From NCBI GenBank assembly GCA_965199285.1, contig OZ240687.1:127065-159064 (forward strand): 32,000 nt of DNA. Direction: 5' to 3'. A program made the translations under genes and the position numbers. Positions 1 through 7,887 of the stretch are shown piece after piece. The DNA is from Parvibaculaceae bacterium. Its GTDB lineage: Bacteria; Pseudomonadota; Alphaproteobacteria; RS24. The notes below the pieces were generated by a model. The model made no database searches and was not told the origin of the DNA. It saw only the letters and a program-made list of their open reading frames with translations. Every line of letters starts with the position of its first letter. Within the stretch, counting starts at the first letter, position 1.

Positions 1-1128
1 GCCAGATACAAGCGGGGCGGTACGGATGCCAAAATCTTCAATGATAAGGGATAGGCTGAGCGCGCCTATTGGGGCAGCGCCAATAAAAGCGAGATTGTAA
101 AAGGCTAAAATTGAAGCCCGCAAATGGGCGGGTGCATTGCTTTGCAAGGCGGTGCGGCTCATTGACATGTTAAAGCCGCCACATATCCCCCAAGCGATAC
201 AGGTGAGTAAAAATATCGGGTAAGTTGGGGCGATTGCCATCACTACTACACAGGCTGAGCCAAGCAGGCTACCATAAACCATAAACCGCCCTTGATGGTG
301 AATGGGCGGACGAAACATAAGAAAAAGAGTGGTCGCAATCGTACCACACCAAAAGGCAAAACTCATAATCGCAATTTCTGATTGGCCGCCGCCATAAAGA
401 TCTTTTACGATTAGCGGAAGACCAACCATAAACAAGCCAACAAATAAAATCCCTGTCGCAAGGCTGGCCAGTGTCATGGGTAAAAGAATGGGAGATGAGA
501 AAATGGTTCTGGCACCGGCAAGAAGCTGCTGATCATTCTTTTGATTTTGCGCGTTTTTATCGACAAGAGAAGGGTAAGCAGGCAGCAATAAGGTGATCAA
601 TAGACCAAAAATTTGGGTGATAATTTGCATGAAAGGAAGCGCCCAAACCCCATATGAAGAGGTTCCCCATGCCAGCGAAAAGCCAATAAGTTGAGCGATA
701 AATTGGGTCATTAACACCATCATAATCGCTTGTTGCGTGTCGCGCTTGGTGACGCGCGAAACAAGCGCATCGCGCGCCGGCAGTGAAAATGATAACAACA
801 CCCCCATGCTTAAGCCATAAATAATGAGATGTTGATAGATAAGCTGATCGCTCACCACCATCCAGCAAATAAAGGCGGGCGGCAGCATCGCAAGCGCATG
901 AATAAAGAGTAGCATTTTGCGGGCATCGACGCGATCCGCAATATGGCCTGCGAAAATTAGCAAGAGAATTTGCGGCAAAGATAAAGAAAACTGTGCAATC
1001 GCTAGCTCTAATGGTGTGACATCCAGATAAAGCGTCGCCAGCACAGGAACCATCACATATTGCAGCCCTAAATTTATAAACCAAGACGCAACACCGCCTA
1101 AGTAAAATAGTAATGCCCTCTCATTCAT
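1..1128 (-). CDS. MFS transporter (first 376 codons; 3' end runs off the window)
   Basis: Absent from the ORF track because it has no stop in the window. My own minus-strand translation from the ATG at 1128-1126 is open all the way to position 1. It reads MNERALLFYLGGVASWFINLGLQYVMVPVLATLYLDVTPLELAIAQFSLSLPQILLLIFAGHIADRVDARKML... This is a multi-pass hydrophobic protein with an MFS loop motif (GHIADRVDARK). The track ORF 557..1084(-) is another frame on the same strand and reads like a shadow ORF. Confidence 0.75.
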   Translation of the reverse strand, partial: MNERALLFYLGGVASWFINLGLQYVMVPVLATLYLDVTPLELAIAQFSLSLPQILLLIFAGHIADRVDARKMLLFIHALAMLPPAFICWMVVSDQLIYQHLIIYGLSMGVLLSFSLPARDALVSRVTKRDTQQAIMMVLMTQFIAQLIGFSLAWGTSSYGVWALPFMQIITQIFGLLITLLLPAYPSLVDKNAQNQKNDQQLLAGARTIFSSPILLPMTLASLATGILFVGLFMVGLPLIVKDLYGGGQSEIAIMSFAFWCGTIATTLFLMFRPPIHHQGRFMVYGSLLGSACVVVMAIAPTYPIFLLTCIAWGICGGFNMSMSRTALQSNAPAHLRASILAFYNLAFIGAAPIGALSLSLIIEDFGIRTAPLVSG

Positions 1129-1203
1129 TATGAATACCTTTCATTACAAGACTTTATGACAGAATTTGCGGCTGTGGTCACCCGTAAAGTTAAATATACA
1201 TTT

Positions 1204-1269
1204 GGTTGTATTGATTAATTAATCAATTTAATGTATTAGAAAAATATTAATAGTTGATTCAATACAACC
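1204..1269. promoter_or_regulatory. Nested dyad-symmetry (operator-like) element in an AT-rich intergenic region
   Basis: GGTTGTATTGA (1204-1214) is the exact reverse complement of TCAATACAACC (1259-1269). Inside these arms lie a perfect 16-bp palindrome TTGATTAATTAATCAA (1211-1226) and a 9-bp palindrome TTGATTCAA (1254-1262). Both are TTGA..TCAA dyads. The element sits between the divergent MFS gene and the DnaA-like HTH gene. Confidence 0.45.
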
Positions 1270-1426
1270 TATACCTCAGGAGGCTTTGGGGGTAATGAGA
1301 AATATAAAATGTTATATGAATCTTGGTTTAGATTCTTGTTCTATATGCATTTTTAGAAAAGTATGCACGTATTTGCGTGCTGCTGGATAATAGCTCAACA
1401 CATAATTGGATATGTAGGAGGATATT

Positions 1427-1846
1427 ATGCCAGCCGATAAAGCGCGCATGTTTTTATATGATTTCTCGCCGGACGTGCTGCTCACCGCCAGTGTGAGGGA
1501 TGTTTACGCATGTGCAATGATAAAATTGGTTGCAAATCATACGGCTTTATCATCTCACACTAGTGAAGCCTATCTGATGGGGCCAAGCCGCGGGCGAAAA
1601 ATCCTCGCGCGGGCGCGGCAAAAAAGCCAATATTTAATGAATATTGTTTTTGCCATGGACTATACGCAGATCGGTAAATATACCAAACGTGACCGTACGA
1701 GTGTTGCTCATGCTTGTGGGGTGATAGAAGAAAGTCGTGATAATCTTGTCGTAGATAAGTCTTTATTTTTTACCGAAATGGCATTGCAAGCGATGGCGCA
1801 GGTGAGTTGGGGGGAAGATTATCTGGCGGCAGGGGAACAAAAATGA
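1427..1846 (+). CDS. DnaA domain-IV-like helix-turn-helix protein (candidate GafY-like N-terminal half of a GTA activator)
   Basis: 139-aa ORF with a strong RBS (AGGAGG at 1415-1420, 6 nt before the ATG). The C-terminal half reads GRKILARARQKSQYLMNIVFAMDYTQIGKYTKRDRTSVAHACGVIEESRD, which follows the DnaA C-terminal DNA-binding pattern (R..ARQ...YL....IG....RDHTTV.HA...IE). The functional call as a GTA activator is inference. Confidence 0.7.
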   Translation: MPADKARMFLYDFSPDVLLTASVRDVYACAMIKLVANHTALSSHTSEAYLMGPSRGRKILARARQKSQYLMNIVFAMDYTQIGKYTKRDRTSVAHACGVIEESRDNLVVDKSLFFTEMALQAMAQVSWGEDYLAAGEQK

Positions 1847-2610
1847 CTCCCGCTTTGCTTCAAGAGTTTCGCCGTATTGCACCGCGTTTGGTGCGCGCTG
1901 GTTCATTTCTTGCGGTACAGGATAAAACCCAGTTTGGATTATTTATTGCTCGCAATAAAGCCCGCCGTCCGGTTGTGAAAATAGATACACAAATTGTGAT
2001 GGCTTGGCAAAAACATGACTTGCTTGATGGCGATCAGCATAAATTTGTTCTAAGTAAGGCAGGTCATGCACTCTGGCGTCGCTTAAATGCAAATGGCGAT
2101 AAATTTCGGGCGCAGCATCAAATTATTCAGAATGTCAAAATTGATGATGATCATCGTAACGTCAAAAAAAATATGTCTGAAACGCCTTTGGCGTGGCTAA
2201 GGGCACGCAATCATCAGTCTGGCGTTTCGATAACCGATATCGAGTTTGATGCTGGTGAAAGATTGCGAGAAGATTTTGATGCTGCCCAACTAAACGCCCG
2301 GCTTACTGTTGATCTCACACAGGCGGTTAGTAGTAAAGGGCGACGGATCACGAATCGGGAAATTGTGCCGCTTAATGCTCTGGATGCACGCAAGCGTTTG
2401 CAACAGGCTTTGCAATATGCAGGGCCGGGATTGGCGGATATGTTGCTGATGACGTGTTGTGAATTATGTGGGATAGAAGAAAGCGAAAAGCGGTTTGGCT
2501 GGCCGCGTCGATCCGGCAAGCTGATGCTCAAAATGGGACTCGCGCGATTGGCGGTATTTTATGGGTTGCAAACCGATGAGGCGGCTTCGGAATCTTTGCG
2601 AATGCGTTGA
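1843..2610 (+). CDS. DUF6456-like protein (candidate GafZ-like C-terminal half of a GTA activator)
   Basis: The track ORF is 1807..2610. I prefer the ATG at 1843, which forms an ATGA overlap with the upstream stop and has GGGGAA just before it, giving 255 aa. The motifs SETPLAWLRAR and AGERLREDFDAAQL match my memory of DUF6456-family proteins. The C-terminus (KRFGWPRRSGKLMLKMGLARLAVFYGL) looks like an HTH. Confidence 0.65.
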   Translation: MTPALLQEFRRIAPRLVRAGSFLAVQDKTQFGLFIARNKARRPVVKIDTQIVMAWQKHDLLDGDQHKFVLSKAGHALWRRLNANGDKFRAQHQIIQNVKIDDDHRNVKKNMSETPLAWLRARNHQSGVSITDIEFDAGERLREDFDAAQLNARLTVDLTQAVSSKGRRITNREIVPLNALDARKRLQQALQYAGPGLADMLLMTCCELCGIEESEKRFGWPRRSGKLMLKMGLARLAVFYGLQTDEAASESLRMR

Positions 2611-2975
2611 ACCATTGCATAAAACCCGTTCGAACGTTGGGCACTTAAATGTTCGGAAAGGCCGAGTTGTTGAAAAATATCGGTAATATCTTGTGCCAAT
2701 ATATTTTGCGTAGGCTGCCCAGAATAAAGATCAATTAAAATAGCGATCAATCCTTTAACGATATGTGCATCACTATCCCCCCGAATGATAAGCTGCCCGT
2801 TCTCAAGCTTGCTTACCAGCCATACCTGACTGGCACAGCCGTGTACTTTATAGGTATCCGAATATTCATTCTCGGCAAGGGAGGCAAGGGATTGCCCGAG
2901 CTCAATAATATACCGATAGCGGTCTTCCCAATTATCAAATAGGGCGAAATCATCCAGCAAATCTTGTAAAGCCAT
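2559..2975 (-). CDS. sufE: SufE-family cysteine desulfuration (sulfur acceptor) protein
   Basis: 138 aa. The sequence LLDDFALFDNWEDRYRYIIELGQSL...YKVHGCASQVWL is the typical SufE/CsdE signature, including the acceptor Cys in the GCxSxVWL context. Confidence 0.85.
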   Translation of the reverse strand: MALQDLLDDFALFDNWEDRYRYIIELGQSLASLAENEYSDTYKVHGCASQVWLVSKLENGQLIIRGDSDAHIVKGLIAILIDLYSGQPTQNILAQDITDIFQQLGLSEHLSAQRSNGFYAMVQRIRKDSEAASSVCNP

Positions 2976-3035
2976 GTTTGCTTTCTAATCGCTTATATCT
3001 TGTCGGGCAAGTATAAAATCTGTTAAGTCAGTCAC

Positions 3036-3389
3036 ATGGTTGGCTTAAAGACAGATATGTGGGTGGCCGCTTTTATAAAGCGTTTGCAAGTGGCGGGTGT
3101 TGCGGCATATGTGATGCGGCATGGTGATAATGATGCGGGGGCTTTGTTTTTGCGGGTGAGTGATTTGGCCGGTCATTCCGGCTTATTGGTTTTGGGAACA
3201 GATTTTGAAGGGCGCAGGCTTTGGCGGGTTCGGGCTTCACCAGATACAACAGAGGCAGAAATTGATGAACTTCTTAAGCGTGAAGAAAAATACGATCCCG
3301 ATTTTTGGGTGATTGAAATTGAAGACCGGCAATCTCGACATTTCTTACCAGACCGGATAGAAGGAACATGGGGGAGTGATAATGGATAA
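3036..3389 (+). CDS. DUF1491 family protein
   Basis: 117 aa. MWVAAFIKRLQVAGVAAYVMRHGDNDAGALFLRV ... DPDFWVIEIEDRQSRH matches the conserved alphaproteobacterial DUF1491 pattern as I recall it. Confidence 0.7.
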   Translation: MVGLKTDMWVAAFIKRLQVAGVAAYVMRHGDNDAGALFLRVSDLAGHSGLLVLGTDFEGRRLWRVRASPDTTEAEIDELLKREEKYDPDFWVIEIEDRQSRHFLPDRIEGTWGSDNG

Positions 3390-4494
3390 TATAATCGATA
3401 GTTTACGCAATTTTTGGCAACTCGTAAGAGACGTATTGAGTTCTGGTGAGTATGGCTTTAGTCCCTTGGAACTGATATTTGCGCTTGGCGTTTTTGCGCT
3501 ATTTGCGCTTGCGCGGGGTATCTTGTCGCGCTTTGTGATGGACAGGGCAGGGCGATGGGTTGCAAAAAGCAAAAATGAACTGGATGATGCGTTGCACAGT
3601 GTTTTAGCAAAACCAACTGAATTTTTCTTCCTAACCTTAGGGTTATTTTTTGCCTTTGAGATTTTCCAGATACAAGGTATCGCACAAGACATTTTGAATA
3701 ATATTTTGCGTAGCTTTATTGCCTTTGGTCTGTTTTGGGTGGTTCATGCGACCATTAAACCACTAACCTCGCCTCTGGCGCAATGGAATACGGTGCTATC
3801 TAACGAGATGGTTGAATGGTTTGGTAATATTATTGGGTGGGCTGTTATTGCGATTGGAACGGCAACGATTTTACAAATTTGGGGCATAGAGGTTGCCCCT
3901 ATTATTGCCGGTGTTGGGCTGTTTGGCGTTACGATTGCATTGGGCGCGCAAGATTTGTTCAAAAATCTGTTAGCTGGCGTTTCGATTTTAGTCGAACAGC
4001 GTTTCAAAGTCGGTGACTGGGTTGAAGTGGAAGATGAAATTGAAGGCATAGTCGAGCAAATCGGGTTTCGGTCAACGCGCATTCGTCGTTTGGATAAAGT
4101 ACCGGTCACGGTACCGAATAATTTATTTGCTGATCATGCCTTGATCAACCATTCTGAAATGACCCATCGACGGATTTATTGGCGTATTGGTTTAGCGTAT
4201 AACAGTACCGCCGCACAGCTTACTGAAATATGTGAACAGATAGAACAATGGGTTGATAATAACTCAGACTTTTCTACCCCTGAAGACGTGCCGAGGATGG
4301 TTAATATTGATCGCTTTGCCGATAGCTCGATTGATATTTTGATTTACACATTTACCAATACAACCGATTGGCAAGAATGGTTGCGCCATAAACAGGATTT
4401 AATTCTCGCGATTAAAGAGATTGTGGAAGCCGCTGGGACAAGTTTCGCGTTCCCCAGCCGGTCGATTTATATTGAACAAGGTGATAAGGTTTAA
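3382..4494 (+). CDS. Mechanosensitive ion channel (MscS) family protein
   Basis: The track ORF starts at GTG 3376. The ATG at 3382 has a GGGGAG RBS 5 nt upstream and overlaps the DUF1491 stop by 8 nt. N-terminal TM helices are followed by the MscS core GLFGVTIALGAQDLFKNLLAGVSILVEQRFKVGDWVEV. Confidence 0.85.
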   Translation: MDNIIDSLRNFWQLVRDVLSSGEYGFSPLELIFALGVFALFALARGILSRFVMDRAGRWVAKSKNELDDALHSVLAKPTEFFFLTLGLFFAFEIFQIQGIAQDILNNILRSFIAFGLFWVVHATIKPLTSPLAQWNTVLSNEMVEWFGNIIGWAVIAIGTATILQIWGIEVAPIIAGVGLFGVTIALGAQDLFKNLLAGVSILVEQRFKVGDWVEVEDEIEGIVEQIGFRSTRIRRLDKVPVTVPNNLFADHALINHSEMTHRRIYWRIGLAYNSTAAQLTEICEQIEQWVDNNSDFSTPEDVPRMVNIDRFADSSIDILIYTFTNTTDWQEWLRHKQDLILAIKEIVEAAGTSFAFPSRSIYIEQGDKV

Positions 4495-4513
4495 GCGTGA
4501 GCGTGTATTTATA

Positions 4514-5026
4514 CTAGCGTTGCCATAAAATGCCGCGTCTATCATCGCTGGCGGGCTGGTAGGCATCAGAAAAACTGGATATGGCGTTGGTGAAATCTTC
4601 AAGCGTCATATCATCGGTGACTTCAAACGCATCAATGCCGCAGCGCTGCATGAATTGTAACTGGTCGTAAAGCACTTCGCCACAGGCGCGAATTTCACCC
4701 GTAAAACCAAGCTCGCGTAAAATACGGGCGGAAGAAAATCCGCGCCCATTGCGGTAGATGGGAAATTCGATTGCAACCATCGTGACCATATCAAGATAGG
4801 GGGCAAGCGTATAAACATCCTCCCCCGCTTTTTCACCTGCCCGTAAGATAACCGCCAGAGGTTGGTTGCGATTTTTTAGATTATTGGCTTCGGCTTCCAG
4901 CTGGGATAGAGATATGATGCAAGGGGCATCAGCTAGGGCTGCATCATCGTCTACCAGCGTCCACTCATTTTCAACAAACGCCCATTTAGTATCGGATGAA
5001 TTGGCTTTGATAATTTTAGTCGGCAT
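4514..5026 (-). CDS. DUF934 domain protein (sulfite-reductase-associated)
   Basis: The track ORF 4514..5203 extends into cysI. The internal Met (MPTKIIKANS...) at 5026 gives 170 aa and an 11-nt overlap (ATGCCGACTAA) with the cysI stop. A DUF934 gene downstream of cysI is the usual alphaproteobacterial arrangement. Confidence 0.7.
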   Translation of the reverse strand: MPTKIIKANSSDTKWAFVENEWTLVDDDAALADAPCIISLSQLEAEANNLKNRNQPLAVILRAGEKAGEDVYTLAPYLDMVTMVAIEFPIYRNGRGFSSARILRELGFTGEIRACGEVLYDQLQFMQRCGIDAFEVTDDMTLEDFTNAISSFSDAYQPASDDRRGILWQR

Positions 5027-6671
5027 AAAGACGCTCCTTAAATGGTGGCATCCCAATGCGACGATAAGTATCAATAAAACGCTCATTATCTTGCCGTTCG
5101 ATAAGATAGGTTTCGACCACATTTTCAATCGCATCAATGATTTTATCTTCGGTAAAGGCACGGCCGGTAATCTCGCCAATCGCAGCATCCGTACCAGGTT
5201 CACCCCCTAATGAGATTTGATAAAATTCGGTTCCCTTTTTATCAACTCCTAAAATACCAATATGCCCGACATGGTGATGACCACAGGCATTAATGCAGCC
5301 CGAAATTTTAACCCGCAATTCGCCAATATCATATTGTCGGTCAAGATCAGCAAAGCGATGTGATAGCTCTTGCGCAAGCGGAATAGAGCGGGCATTGGCA
5401 AGGTTACAATAATCCAGCCCTGGGCAGGCAATACTATCGCTGATAAGGTTAAGATTGGGGGTTGCAAGATCATGCTGCTTTAAGATGTCATAAACGGTTT
5501 TGAGATCATCTTTTTTGACATGCGGTAGAACCAGATTTTGTTCATGGGTCACCCGTATTTCGTCATGGCTATAGCGTTGGGCAAGTTCAGCGACAATATC
5601 GATTTGCTGATCTGACGCATCACCGGGGATACCGCCAATTGGTTTAAGGGAAATATTTGCAATCGCATAGCCTGACATTTTATGAGCGACAATATTGGTT
5701 TTGATCCATTGGGCAAATTCCAGATCATCTGTGGAAGCCTGGGTAAGGGCGGCGCTTTCGTCGGGCAGGGTTTCAAAATCCGGATTGGCAAAATAGGCGC
5801 GAATGCGATTGATTTCGGCTTGCGGAAGGGTCAGCATATTATGGGCATCAATTTTAGAAAACTCTTCTTCTACGCGGCGTTGCATTTCATCCGCACCAAT
5901 TTCATGAACCAGAATTTTAATCCGTGCTTTATAAGAATTATCACGCCGCCCATGTAAATTATAAACCCGCATAACGGCTTCAAGATAAGCAAGCAGCTTT
6001 TGGGCTGGAACAAAATCAGCAATTTTTTTGGCGATAAAAGGGGTGCGCCCCTGACCGCCGCCCACATGGACTTCATACCCTGTTTCACCGACTTCATTTT
6101 TGACAATAACGATACCAATATCATGAAACCGGATCGCGGCACGATCTGTTGCATGCGCGCTTACGGCAATTTTGAACTTGCGGGGGAGAAAGCTAAATTC
6201 AGGATGAAAGCTGGACCATTGGCGGATAATCTCGGAAATAATTCGGGGATCTTCAATCTCATCCGCAATCGCGCCGGCAAATTGATCGGCGGTGACATTG
6301 CGGATACAATTTCCTGATGTTTGAATGGCGTGCATTTCGACCGTTGCGAGCTCTTCAAGTAAATCGGGGATGCGCTCAAGCGATGGCCAATTATATTGGA
6401 TATTCTGCCGCGTAGTGAAATGACCATAACCCTTATCATATTTACGGGCAATATGTGCCAGCATCCGCATCTGCCGCGATGATAAAGTACCATAAGGAAT
6501 GGCAACGCGCAGCATATAAGCATGTAATTGCAGATAGACACCATTCATTAACCGAAGTGGTTTGAAAGCATCTTCGCTTAATTTTCCGGTTAGGCGACGA
6601 TGAACCTGATCGCGGAATTGGGCGACCCGATCAGCAACCATTTTATGATCAAATTCATCATAGCGATACAT
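5016..6671 (-). CDS. cysI: Assimilatory sulfite reductase hemoprotein (nitrite/sulfite reductase family)
   Basis: 551 aa. It has nitrite/sulfite reductase 4Fe-4S/siroheme motifs: TTRQNIQYNW, SGNCIRNVT, the Cys cluster ACPGLDYCNLA ... ISGCINACGHHHVG. It is flanked by DUF2849 and DUF934 genes. Confidence 0.88.
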   Translation of the reverse strand: MYRYDEFDHKMVADRVAQFRDQVHRRLTGKLSEDAFKPLRLMNGVYLQLHAYMLRVAIPYGTLSSRQMRMLAHIARKYDKGYGHFTTRQNIQYNWPSLERIPDLLEELATVEMHAIQTSGNCIRNVTADQFAGAIADEIEDPRIISEIIRQWSSFHPEFSFLPRKFKIAVSAHATDRAAIRFHDIGIVIVKNEVGETGYEVHVGGGQGRTPFIAKKIADFVPAQKLLAYLEAVMRVYNLHGRRDNSYKARIKILVHEIGADEMQRRVEEEFSKIDAHNMLTLPQAEINRIRAYFANPDFETLPDESAALTQASTDDLEFAQWIKTNIVAHKMSGYAIANISLKPIGGIPGDASDQQIDIVAELAQRYSHDEIRVTHEQNLVLPHVKKDDLKTVYDILKQHDLATPNLNLISDSIACPGLDYCNLANARSIPLAQELSHRFADLDRQYDIGELRVKISGCINACGHHHVGHIGILGVDKKGTEFYQISLGGEPGTDAAIGEITGRAFTEDKIIDAIENVVETYLIERQDNERFIDTYRRIGMPPFKERLYAD

Positions 6672-6692
6672 ATATATCTCCTAATACATCCT

Positions 6693-7019
6693 CTAATTTT
6701 GGGCTTGTTTGCCGAGATCCATACGAATGGTTGGGCCTTTGGCACGAATCGTTTCACGAACGCTTATTGGCTGGTAAGCAGAATCATCTGAGGTGGCTTC
6801 GATAACCTCGAACAAGTAAGGTTCAACGATATACCCTTCATAATCCTGCGGCATGGCTTCGGCGAGAAGCACATTTGCGGCTTCAGCACCATCAGCAATT
6901 TGCGCTTTTGAAAAATCGTCGATCCAGCTGCCATGCGCATAATAAACCGCTTCCCCATCTGTGAGGCGATTAGCGGTAACGGCCTGAAAGCGTGCACCTT
7001 TTGCACTATGCTGTGCCAT
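6693..7019 (-). CDS. DUF2849 domain protein
   Basis: The track ORF is 6693..7082. The Met at 7019 (MAQHSAKGARFQAVTANRLTDGEAVYY) follows a GGAGGA RBS and gives 108 aa. Its position directly upstream of cysI is typical for DUF2849. Confidence 0.65.
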   Translation of the reverse strand: MAQHSAKGARFQAVTANRLTDGEAVYYAHGSWIDDFSKAQIADGAEAANVLLAEAMPQDYEGYIVEPYLFEVIEATSDDSAYQPISVRETIRAKGPTIRMDLGKQAQN

Positions 7020-7116
7020 TTTATCGTCTTTCCTCCACACTCTAATTGGCTGGAATATGCCCTTTTTTTCAGGTAACTGCAAGTATTCTATGGGAAATAT
7101 TTTATTCTACAATTAT

Positions 7117-7887
7117 TTAGTGTATTTTATGGTGGCTGTCATGCCAATGTCGCAATATGATATATTCCAGCCCGCGCACACTATAAAACAAGCTCACGCC
7201 CAAAATCGCAAGCAGAATGAGGCTGGCAAAAACAACATTGATCTGTAAGCGGTTGCCAGCTTCAATAATCCGCCACGCCAAACCGGTTGAGGTTCCACTA
7301 CCAGCTACAAATTCTGCCACCACCGCACCGATAAGCGCCAGCCCGATCGATATTTTGGCACCCGCAAAAATATGCGGTAAGGCGGATGGTAGCTCGACAT
7401 AATATAATCGCTGCCAGTTTTTTGCCTTTGCGAGTGTCATAAGGTCGTGCAAAGCCGGATCGGTAGAGCGTATACCCAATATCGTATTGGCAAGCATCGG
7501 GAAAAAGGCAATCAGCCAGGCGATAATAATTAAAGCGCGGTTCGTATTTTCAAACCCCACCCATATTAAGATAAGCGGCGCGATGGCAATGACGGGGGTG
7601 ACTTGCAAGGTCACAAGATAGGGGTAGAACATATGCTCCAGCCAGCGCGCGCGGGTGAAGATGATCGCCATCACAATACCACTGACGACAGCCCAGAAAA
7701 AGGCGAGCAGAGTGACGCGTAAAGTTGTCGCGGCGGCGCGAAGCAGATTTTGCATCTCATTGCCAAAGACCGCAATTACCGCACTCGGTGGAGGGAGTAC
7801 AAAGATTGGAATATCATATAAATATACAGCCCCTTCCCAAATCAGTAAGAAAAGGAAGCCACTTAAAAGGGGTAAAGCCCACCGCAT
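7117..7887 (-). CDS. ABC transporter permease (NitT/TauT-type)
   Basis: I chose the start at 7887 (MRWALPLLSGF), which forms a TAATG junction with the ATPase stop. It is a six-TM permease with a binding-protein-dependent transport signature region (ALIIIAWLIAFFPMLANTILGIRSTDPALHDLMTLAKA). Confidence 0.8.
   Translation of the reverse strand: MRWALPLLSGFLFLLIWEGAVYLYDIPIFVLPPPSAVIAVFGNEMQNLLRAAATTLRVTLLAFFWAVVSGIVMAIIFTRARWLEHMFYPYLVTLQVTPVIAIAPLILIWVGFENTNRALIIIAWLIAFFPMLANTILGIRSTDPALHDLMTLAKAKNWQRLYYVELPSALPHIFAGAKISIGLALIGAVVAEFVAGSGTSTGLAWRIIEAGNRLQINVVFASLILLAILGVSLFYSVRGLEYIILRHWHDSHHKIH

Noticed and set aside
557-1084. Track ORF of 175 aa on the minus strand
   Set aside because: Its translation is Cys/Arg-rich with no domain-like features. 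It lies in another frame on the same strand as a clean, uninterrupted MFS-transporter frame (1..1128), so it is a shadow ORF.
1190-1262. CtrA boxes (TTAA-N7-TTAA) in the activator leader, and likewise in the GTA leader 10020-10205
   Set aside because: Several TTAA tetramers occur but none has the N7 spacing. The best case is TTAA-N7-TTCA (1247-1261), a half-site-level match expected by chance in AT-rich DNA.
4514-5203. Long forms of several track ORFs: 4514..5203, 6693..7082, 7117..7935, 8584..9603, 12934..13479, 15036..15590, 16355..16729, 18779..19303, 27792..29264
   Set aside because: The 5' extensions overlap the preceding gene extensively and read as nonsense. Internal Met codons with an RBS, a signal peptide or a coupling junction give products of the expected family size.
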